A stretch of 43,808 bases of DNA from Octopus bimaculoides (taxonomy: Eukaryota). The notes below the pieces were generated by a model, which had not been told where the DNA came from, did not search any database, and saw nothing but the letters and a program-made list of their open reading frames with translations. A program made the position numbers and the translations under genes. The DNA is taken from NCBI RefSeq assembly GCF_001194135.2, contig NC_069003.1:35141261-35185068 (forward strand), given 5' to 3'. Of the stretch, positions 35,014 to 43,808 are shown piece after piece (position 1 is the first letter of the stretch; every line of letters begins with the position of its first letter).

Positions 35014-36552
35014 CGTTGCCAATGGCAGACATCATCAGACTGAAGAAGTCAGAGGTAGAGAGAAAAGAGTGAAAAATAGAGGGATACATCGGAAAAGAAC
35101 ATGATGTATCCCTTAGAGGCTTCAAAAACCTCTATATATGTGTGTTTGTGTCCGTGTTTGTCCCTATGACCACCATTGCTTGGTGTTGGTGTATTTATGT
35201 CACTGTAACTTAGCAGTTCAGTATAAGAGACTTACAGAATAAGCACTAGGCTTACTGGGCTTGATTTAAGTGAAAAAACAAAAGAATGCTATTTCGAAAG
35301 TGCCGTGGGTCACAGTTTGTCCCCAACTGATTTAGAAGCTGTTTTGTGGGTCTGCAAATCTTCTAAATGAAGTTGCTACATATCGTACATGTAATGGTGG
35401 AGTGTGATGTTTGGTGGTGAGGTCGGGAGAGGCTTTAAATGTCTGGAATAGTCTAGGTTGACCCAGCAACTATGGATACTTGCATAAAACAGGAAGCTTT
35501 GATAGTGGCAATGATTATTAAGTTAATAAATGATTTGTCACAATCGCTCTTTGAGATAATTCTTGTTAATCCTCATGACAAAACATTTCATTCAAGTATA
35601 GTTGAAAGCAATCTAATACTTATGCTTGATACAATTATCTTTGCTGATGTATTGCATAAGATTTAGTGGGTGCCTAGCAACAAGAAGGGCGGGGGGGAAA
35701 TGCAAACAAACACCACCACCACCACCACTACTACTACTACTACTGCTTTTGCTGCTACTCAGAGATCCCCTTCGGTCATGAATGACCATAGGATTGCACC
35801 TAGAAAGTTACCTTCTGAGGCACAAGTCTGGACAAGGTTGTTTTATGGAAGACCAGCAGTCGCCCATGCATACTGGCCTAATTCTCATCAGTTTCGCATT
35901 AGAGTTGCAAATATACATTTTATCACAAGGCAAGCAAATAATAATAATAATACTAATAGTGATGATGAGGAGGAGGATTGTGATGGCAGTCCTATGTTTT
36001 TTTGACTAAATGATATTAAAAAAACTTCATGAAAAGCATGAAAAATTACTTCTGATAATGAAAATATATTTCATATATTATGTGTGTGATAAAATAATTA
36101 CATTGTTAAAGTAATTTTGTTGTACATAGGTACAAGTCCATAGATATATATTCTGTATGGTGGGGGTTATTTATAACTTAATGAATTAATATCAGTTGAT
36201 GACTGGTAATTATTGCATCAACCATGACAAAATCATCGTTTTGATATTAACGATGATGATGATGACCATCTTGCCATCAAGATCTGTATTATCTCATTTC
36301 TCACCGTCTTAATCACCATGATTATTGTCGTTGTCATCGTTATCATTATCATCATCATCAACGTTTTTAGACTTGTTATCTGGTCTTTAAACAATCATGA
36401 ATTTTCTGATAAGATATTTTCCACCTAGAAGACACATAGCCTCGTTGTTAAGGTGTTGCACATGCAATCACAAGATCATGGTTTCAATGCTTGCGCCAGA
36501 AATTGTTGAAATTCTCTGTTTCAGAATCATTAACTCTCCATAAAATACCAAA

Positions 36553-36627
36553 ATGGAGGACTTTTCAGATGAACTTCCGTCCCTTTATGATTCCGATAAT
36601 GAAATATCTTCAAGTAAACATAAAATG
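36553..36627 (+). CDS. TRMT10B: TRMT10B first coding exon (MEDFSDELPSLYDSDNEISSSKHKM)
   Basis: Acceptor tttcag at 36524, AAAATGG start context, donor ATG|gtaaat, phase 0 into next exon; poorly conserved region so assigned by structure. Confidence 0.7.
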
Positions 36628-37299
36628 GTAAATAATTATATTTTTATTTTATTTTTTCTTTAATATTCTTCAATTTGTTTTTTGGTTTACTCCTTTAAAC
36701 CCATTTGTTGCCATATTTCTTTTAAACAATGCACTGCCTTTGTGGCAATTAATTTTGAAAATAATAAAGAATTCAGCAAAATAAACTTAGTGATTCGGCA
36801 AAAAGAGACCAATAGAATAAGTACAGAGATTACAAAGAATAAGTCCTGGGGTCAATTTGTTCAACTAAAGGCGGTGGGGGAGCTGGCAGAAACGTTATAA
36901 GTTTTTTTTTTTTTTTTTTCAGAAAAAAGAGAAAAGAGAAGCTTATTGGATAAAAACACAAGAGAATAAAAGACAGACACGTAAAATTAAAAAACAAGAA
37001 AAAAAACAAAGGGCCAAAAACAGAATTCCAGGTAGGGGCCACATCTTTTCTAACCTTGTCTTATAGCATATTTCAACAAAGGGGTCTCTTTGTCCAAATT
37101 AATTGTTCAATAGCAATTATGTCTTTTAATTCAAAATTGCAGCTGGGGTCAAATTTTCTGTAGGGATCATACTTTTTAACCCAAAGTTTCAGAAGGGACC
37201 ATGTTCATTAATCCAAAATTTCAATAGGGCCTTGTCTTTCAGTTAAAAATTTTTATTTTCATTTTAGCATAATTTAGATGACAATTCATTCACCACACC

Positions 37300-37354
<55 letters not shown>

Positions 37355-38026
37355 TATATATATCATCGTTAGCTTCATTTAATGTCCATCTTCCATGCAT
37401 GCATAGGTAGGATGGTTCACAGGAGCTGGCCGAGGGCCAAGTAGAAAAACTCCCCTATGCTACTGTGTTTGTTTTGGCAGTGTTTTACGGCTGGATGCCC
37501 TTCCTAACACCAACCTGGAACCATGTGGTTGAGAAACAAGCTTCTTACCACACAGCTATGCCTGAGTTTATGTTTGTGTTTCAATGTTTTGTTCTTTTCT
37601 TTCATAGTTTCCCATCTTTCCCATATTTCAGATACACATTCCAGAGAAAATGGTATGTTAAATAAAAGAGACCATAAACGCTTTATACACGAGAAGGGTC
37701 TGCAAGCACTGAGGTCAGGCTTAAAGATCTGCATTGACCTCAGTTTTGAAGAGAAAATGTCTGAAAAGGTTTGTTTCATGTGGGGTTTTTTTTTTCTACA
37801 AATGTTGTTATTCTTTTATTCTTTTACTTGTTTCGGTCATTTGACTGCGGCCATGCTGGAGCACCGCCTTTAGTTGAATCAAATCGACCCCAGGACTTAT
37901 TCTTTGTAAGCCTATTACTTATTCTATCGGTCTCTTTTTGCCGAACCGCTAAGTTACGGGGACCTAAGCACACCAGCATCGGTTGTCAAGCGATGTTGGG
38001 GCGACAAACACAGATACACAACATGT

Positions 38027-38099
<73 letters not shown>

Positions 38100-40517
38100 T
38101 ATACGACAGGCTTCTTTCAGTTTCCGTCTACCAAATCCACTCACAAGGCTTTGGTCGGCCCGAGGCTATAGTAGAAGACACTTGCCCAAGGTGCCACGCA
38201 GTGGGACTGAACCCGGAACCATGTGGTTCGTAAGCAAGCTACTTACCACACAGCCACTCCTACGTTATTGTTAATATTTAGTTTCCCTAGTTTAAGTCAT
38301 GCTGAGCTAACAGACTTTTGACCCTTTCACGCTCAGATTACTCTGTCAAATGTAATATTTTTTCCCTGTGGTTTGAATTAGTCATATATTATCTCATAGC
38401 TTTGAGACTTCAACTATGGGATTGTTGACTTTCAGTATGAAAAGACTGTGTTTGGCAAGTTTGAACATAAAACAAGTTGGATAGTTTGGCTGGATATAAC
38501 CAGTTGTAGCCGGTTTAAATGCTGAAAGGTTAAACATTATAGGATTTGTTCTAAGGCAGCAAGCTGGCCAAAGCGTTAGCATGCTGAACGAAATGCTTAG
38601 TGGTATTTCGTATGTCTTTACGTTCTGAGTTCAAATTCCACCGAGGTCGACTTTGCCTTTCATCCTTTCAGGGACGATAAATTAAGTAACAGTTGCACAC
38701 TGGGGTTGATCTAATCGACTAGCCCCTCCCCACCCCTAAAATTTCGGGCCTTGTACCTAGAATAGAAAAGATTCTAGGATTTGTTCTGCATGTGTGTATG
38801 TTTATATGTACATATTTCATAGATGAGAACCAGATATGCTCTGTATTGAGTACCCTTTGTAGTGCTCAGGAGATTTAAACTCGAGCATGTACAGAGGTAA
38901 ATGTAAGGATAAGCGAATTAGACAGATCAGTATATAAAGTACATTAAATACAGGAAATGCAAAAAAAATGTATGTCTTTATGCATATAAAACGGTCCAGC
39001 TTACACAGAGTAGAAATGATATAGGGAATTAAAGGGGTGTTTCTGGGGGCTCAACTGTCCATGATAATATCTATAGATTGATTCCATCATAGGATGAGAT
39101 GAGCCTTTGACTTCAGGGAAGCAATCTGGCAATTGAGATGTCAGAGGAGAGACGTTCAAAGATGGATTTATATGTACATATATGCATATCCGTGTGTGTA
39201 GAAGCTGGTATCAAAGGGTTCCCAGATTAGTTATCTATCTATATATATAAATAAAACTGAAGAAGTGTGTGTCTCTGTGTGTGTGTTTCTGTTTGTAATT
39301 AACATCATGCCTCAGTTACAAATGAAATTCACCATCACCCATTGATCAATTCGATCAAATGGGACCCTCATTGCCACAACCAACGGAGTGCCGTAATATA
39401 TGGATGCATATGGATTCATAGCATTTCTTTAAAATATTTTTTATGAAATATAACAGGAAATTTCAAGGTTAGCACAGCAATTGGGAAGAATCTATGGCTA
39501 TAACAGGAAGACAGAGAAGCCATTGCATATATTTTTGACAAGCATTGACCAAAGTGGTTCCTTCTTTAAAGAATGTACCCGCATCAACCAAGGATTTCAG
39601 AATTATTTGGTGAGAAAATGAGTCTTCTTTATCCTTTTTTCTTCTCCTTTCTCTTCTCTCAACTTCTTTTTGTCCTTATTTTTCTTTGTCATTTAACTCT
39701 ATTTTTCACATTAATTTGGGTTTGTTGGATCTGTAAACCTTCATATTTGTATGTGTTCACATCACTTTTGTTCATGCTGTTAGCAAGGTAGATAGAGAAG
39801 ATAAAAAGATCGACAGGTAGGCAGGTGTAACTTAAAGGCAGGTTGACTTCTTAGATGTATCACTAAACCTAAAAACACGTTCTTCTCCCTACCTTTCTTC
39901 CACAAACCTGATGAAAAATTAAAATACATTATTATTATTATTATTATTATTATTTGGTATTTGGACATATTTTCCAATTGTTTTTTCAGTGGGATGTCTG
40001 TGATGAAGCATACTCAGAACTGTTTCCAAAAGAAGACATAGTTTATCTCTCGCCAGATTCAGAGAACATCTTATACACAATAGACCCTGAGAAAGTGTAC
40101 ATTATTGGTGGCCTTGTCGATGAAAGTATACAGAAGGTGAGTGATGGCCCTTGGTGAGGCGAAGGGGCTGTCTCAGTGGTGAATGCTTGTTCTCTGGTAG
40201 TTTTTCTGCTCCCAGTTGTAGTAATTTCACTTCATAATCAGTGAGAGGAGGATGAAGGTGACATGAACACTGCTTCCATTGGTCTTCTCTTTCTATCATA
40301 AATTTCTCATCTTCCTCGTCCTCCACTACCAACATCGTCATCACAACTACCACCACCACCAACAACAACAACACCATCACCACCACCACTGTTACTGCTA
40401 CTACTGTTTTCATCTGCTATCAGCACAACCACCACCACCACCACCATCACCTTCGCCACAACCACCACCGCCACACTGCTTCCACCATCACTCATCACTA
40501 CTACCAATCCCATCACA

Positions 40518-40551
<34 letters not shown>

Positions 40552-41940
40552 GTAGTAGTGCTACCACTATCACCAGCACTACCCCAACCCAACCTCAACC
40601 CTCTTTAATTGCTATTGACTAAATTACGAAAATAATTAAAATCAATTAATTTTCTATTCTTCTAGAAAAGGACGTACTACAAAGCTCTCCAGAGCGGAAT
40701 ACAAACTGCTCGTCTCCCTATTGATGTATTCATGATGAATGGTGACAGGAAGGGTAACTATTGTCGAATCCTAACAGTCAATCAAGGTGAGGAGATGTTT
40801 CCATATGTAAACTAGCAGAGATACCCGGCGTTGCACGTCTCATGTGGCATTGAAGTATTAGACTTTTCCTTTGTATTTTCTCTAATGAACTGGAATACCT
40901 ATGATTCGAATTTCATCAAAATTGGAGATTAAGAATTTTAATGAGAGTTCTACAAAAATTCTAATCATGACAAATTTATCCCATACTACTCATCTTCATA
41001 CCTAGATTCCAAAATCCAAATGTTATAAAACCCATTCAAAGGTTTTTGCTCTTGAAACATGTAGCACATGGAGAACATGGAGCTCTAAAATGTGGGAGTT
41101 AAGGCCCCTATGTGTGTGTATGGGGGGGGGGGTGATCTTAAAGTCAACCAGCGAAGTTGAATTGTTGGGAATCTTTTTTAAATTCTGTCTGATATTTATT
41201 GTTCAAATTTCTTTGAAATCAGAAATATATGTATGTTCACTGGGTTTGTAAAAGAGAGCAAAGCTACAGGAAACCAAAAGACAAATGATCACAATAATCA
41301 GTCAGCTACCGTAGCCTAGTCGTTACCACTCCCCAATATAGGATGCTTCACCATACAGGTGACCGGCACAGCCGTAAAATGCTCTAGATTGGCACAAGTG
41401 GAGAGGTGCTGTTAGGAGTGGTTGCAACGCTTAAGAGGAAAAGATGATTCAGCACTCTGAGCTTAAAAGGGCCTCCTGTCACAAAGGAACAATTGGAACT
41501 GAAATCAACAATGAATATTGGATAAGTTTTATGTATGACTGGGTTCTGTTGTCAAAAGCAGGACACGTGGACCATATGAAGTCATTTGAAAGTAGAAATG
41601 CCCAGGTAGGTAATGATCTTGGACACCAACCACCTCTTATGACTTGTGTCATCGGTGACAAAACTTGTAAGACAATGTCTGGACTTAAAAGACATATGCT
41701 AGGTCACAAAAACATTCCTTCAGAATTGGATTACAAAGGGCAAAGATATAGAAGAAACTTGAATTGTGTTTTAAAATATTTGTTACTTGTGTTTTAAAGC
41801 CTGTCAGCCAGCAACTGGTCTCGAAAAGTCATTTGAGGGCTCATCTGAGGGAGGGATTGTGCTGTGTGGTGGGGCGTGGTGTATGTGTTGATGGGACGGC
41901 TATCATCTGTCAAGATGAAGCAATCATCAAGTATGCATAC

Positions 41941-41972
<32 letters not shown>

Positions 41973-42102
41973 CTTTTTTTTTCCAGTACTTGCCGTGATT
42001 TCTGAATTTCTGAGAACTGAAGATTGGAGACAGGCTCTATCTAGTGAGGTCCCTAAAAGGAAAGGTCTAGTGTTGAAACCCCTTGAAAATGTGAGCTCCT
42101 GA
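36553..42102 (+). CDS. TRMT10B: tRNA (purine-9-N1) methyltransferase 10 homolog B-like (SPOUT fold), complete 7-exon CDS, 858 nt / 285 aa
   Basis: Exons (plus): 36553-36627, 36923-37031, 37632-37768, 39457-39609, 39990-40136, 40666-40786, 41987-42102; all GT-AG with matching phases. Motifs KICIDLS, EISRLAQQLGRIYGYN, VYLSPDS, VYIIGGLVDESIQK, TARLPI, ILTVNQV match Trm10; the DESIQK variant matches vertebrate TRMT10B as I recall it. Confidence 0.92.
36923..37031 (+). CDS. TRMT10B: TRMT10B coding exon 2 (KKEKREAYWIKTQENKRQTRKIKKQEKKQRAKNRIP)
   Basis: Poly-T + cag acceptor; CCA G|gtaggg; basic W-containing segment typical of Trm10 N-terminus. Confidence 0.85.
37280..37304 (-). mobile_element. Solo Tc1/mariner TIR next to a TA-seeded microsatellite
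   Basis: Reverse complement TA-CAGGGTGTGGTGAATGAATTGTC resembles the 8131-8153 TIR. Confidence 0.55.
37632..37768 (+). CDS. TRMT10B: TRMT10B coding exon 3 (THSRENG...LKICIDLSFEEKMSEK)
   Basis: tttcag|AT ... AAG|gtttgt; 137 nt. Confidence 0.9.
38102..38261 (-). mobile_element. tRNA-derived SINE family B with (AT)n tail
   Basis: Head AGGAGTGGCTGTGTGGTAAG..GGTTCAGTCCC; other copies about 4931-4998(+), 5245-5360(+), 17181-17340(-), 34108-34220(+), 37515-37560(-). Confidence 0.85.
38322..38529. mobile_element. Second piggyBac-type MITE family (ends CCCTT..AATGCT(A/G)AAGG-TTAA)
   Basis: Related copies at about 5385-5568, 13486-13612, 22860-23040 sharing TCATGCATTATCTCATAG and CCAGTTTAAATGCTAAAGGG-TTAA. 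Confidence 0.7.
38561..38770 (+). mobile_element. SINE family A copy, plus strand
   Basis: GCTGGCCAAAGCGTTAGC..CTGAGTTCAAATTCCACCGAGGTCGAC. Confidence 0.85.
39457..39609 (+). CDS. TRMT10B: TRMT10B coding exon 4 (EISRLAQQLGRIYGYNRK...QGFQNYL)
   Basis: taacag|GAA ... TTG|gtgaga; 153 nt; not in ORF track. Confidence 0.92.
39990..40136 (+). CDS. TRMT10B: TRMT10B coding exon 5 (WDVCDE...VYIIGGLVDESIQK)
   Basis: tttcag|TGG ... AAG|gtgagt; 147 nt. Confidence 0.95.
40330..40600. repeat. Compound trinucleotide array (CAC/CAA/CTA)n in a TRMT10B intron
   Basis: Direct reading. Confidence 0.9.
40666..40786 (+). CDS. TRMT10B: TRMT10B coding exon 6 (KRTYYKALQSGIQTARLPI...RILTVNQ)
   Basis: ttctag|AAA ... 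CAA G|gtgagg; 121 nt. Confidence 0.93.
41360..41850 (+). mobile_element. RTE/BovB-like LINE 3' end with two C2H2-like fingers, in the last TRMT10B intron
   Basis: ALDWHKWRGAVRSGCNA*EEKMIQHSELKR...CVIGDKTCKTMSGLKRHMLGH and frameshifted LCFKACQPATGL/KSHLRAH. Confidence 0.75.
41987..42102 (+). CDS. TRMT10B: TRMT10B terminal coding exon (VLAVISEFLRTEDWRQALSSEVPKRKG...*)
   Basis: ttccag|TA; TGA at 42100-42102. Confidence 0.92.
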
Positions 42103-42447
42103 GTACAGTGCAACTGAGTACAGTAAAGTACAACAAGAACATGGACATTGGCAGAAAGAAGTTTTGTTTTATTCTTCATTTTCTTTCATTGACATCATGA
42201 TCATCATCATCATCATCATCATTTTCAACATGTCTGTATGTGTGCTGCAACAGCAGTAGCATCACCAACAGCTTCAGTGAAATTTATTGATAAACCAAAC
42301 GCCCAAACACATTCCCACACACATGCATGCACACACACACACACACATGCATGCACACACATCTCATGTCAGAACAGCAGATACTGTCATGAACCTGGAG
42401 AGATCCCCCCTCATGTTGGTGCTTGGTGCATAGAAGCATACATATAG

Positions 42448-42638
42448 ATCAAACAAGGCCAGCAATTTCAAGGAGGGGGGCAAGTCAATTGCAATGACCC
42501 CAGTACACAACTGGTACTTAATTTACTGACTCCGAAAGCATGGAAAGCAAAGTCAACCACGGCAGAATTTGAACTCAGAACATGAAGACAGATGAAATGC
42601 AGTCAAGCATGTTGCCCTGCATGCTAACAATTCTGCCC
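42448..42638 (-). mobile_element. SINE family A copy downstream of the TRMT10B stop
   Basis: Shared consensus; partial copies also at about 10430-10570, 14861-14960, 19070-19200. Confidence 0.8.
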
Positions 42639-43446
42639 TGATTTTTTTTATTTAAATTACAAATATCGATAAAGAAATGTAATAAAATTTTTATTTATTT
42701 TATTTAAAAACCTGAACATGTCAGCTGAGATATGGAGGTCTCATTCAAGTCTAGATTAAATTTATGTGCATTAGCTACATGTGTGTGATTCATCTATTGT
42801 TGCAGCATGACATTAATGTAAGATTAATGTTTACCTGAAAGAGAGAAGTGAGAGAAAGAAAGTGGGAACAAGTGGGTGAGGCAAATAGTAATATCTGAGA
42901 GGGTAAGCAAAACCGGCTCTAACCAGCTGAATGACTAATGTGGCACAAGCTGTGCAGATAACACAGGGCGACCAAGTTTTTTAATTTTAGCCTAGATTGG
43001 CATCAAGGTACAATACAGTATAAAATATATGGGCACAAAACCCCTTCTTCCAGCAGTAATTTTTATGTATTATTTTTATGCTGTTTTTAGTGTTTTTTAA
43101 TTGTTTACTTGTACCCAAAGATGAAGTAAATATGAACTAGATAAAGAGGAGCTTCATATCAGAAGAGAAAGTGAGAAAAGGATGAATTACTAAAACAGAA
43201 TGAAGGGCCATTGTTGAAGTAAGTTGTTAGGAATGGAAATCAAAATAAAGGTGCGACTCCACAATGAAAAGATGATGCATTATATTTGTGCATGTGAAGG
43301 AATTTAATCAAGATGATGAAAAGCATTTGGTTTGCTCAAAGTGATAATAGGGTCCGTCAGAACCTTTAATGTCATCAAACCCTTCTCAATGATTCAGGTA
43401 AAAAGGAAGACAATTCCAATCTTTTCATCATTTATTTCATCATTTA

Positions 43447-43808
43447 TTTCGTGTTGCAAGACAGTGTAGGAGAGAGAATAGTGATGTTGTAGGAGAGAAA
43501 TGTGTTCGCATGGATGATGGTACGCTTGCATTAAATGAGGATGCAAAGAAAGAGGTCTGGAGATGCCACTACGATAGATTGCTTAATAAAGAGAATGAAT
43601 GGGAGAAAGAGAGCCTGCCGTATGTCGACCCAATAGAGGGACCAGCTATCCGAGTTGATAGTACCAGGGTAGATAAAGCAATTAAGAGTATGAAGACCGG
43701 GAAAGCCCCCGGCCCATCAGGAATCACTGCAGAGATGCTCAAAATATCTGGCAGTGTTGGCTATAGCCTAGTCACCCGTATTACGAACTAGGTGATACAC
43801 GAAGGAGT
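43447..43808 (+). mobile_element. RTE-clade LINE ORF fragment (region preceding RT), truncated by window end
   Basis: FRVARQCRRENSDVVGEKCVRMDDG...WRCHYDRLLN...AIKSMKTGKAPGPSGITAEMLK; in-frame TAG at 43788-43790. Confidence 0.88.

Noticed and set aside
40102-40608. Poly-V/poly-H/poly-P ORFs, including the segment HLHPPLTDYEVKLLQLGAEKLPENK
   Set aside because: Trinucleotide array inside a TRMT10B intron; the unique part has no recognisable family or splice context.

Overview
Eukaryotic, AT- and microsatellite-rich genomic DNA with four N-gaps. The repeat families point to an octopus or other coleoid cephalopod (inference). Two intron-containing housekeeping genes sit head-to-head, both assembled by hand with GT-AG junctions and consistent phases. 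(1) A complete puromycin-sensitive aminopeptidase (NPEPPS, M1 family) on the minus strand: 21 coding exons, 31160->12435, 868 aa, GAMEN and HEXXH(18X)E intact. (2) A complete tRNA m1R9 methyltransferase TRMT10B-like gene on the plus strand: 7 coding exons, 36553->42102, 285 aa. A possible 5' end of a third, unidentified minus-strand gene lies at the left edge. The rest is packed with tRNA-derived SINEs, TTAA/piggyBac-type MITEs, mariner/Tc1 relics, RTE LINE fragments and a decayed CRE-clade retrotransposon. The most interesting non-coding signals are Penelope-type minimal hammerhead-ribozyme motifs (one inside a tRNA-headed SINE), an inverted repeat pair bracketing a frame-preserving two-exon cassette of TRMT10B, long foldbacks, and an in-frame ORF ending in UGA two codons before the NPEPPS ATG. 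No CRISPR array, rRNA or credible tRNA gene was seen. Almost all other ORFs in the supplied track are simple-repeat artefacts.
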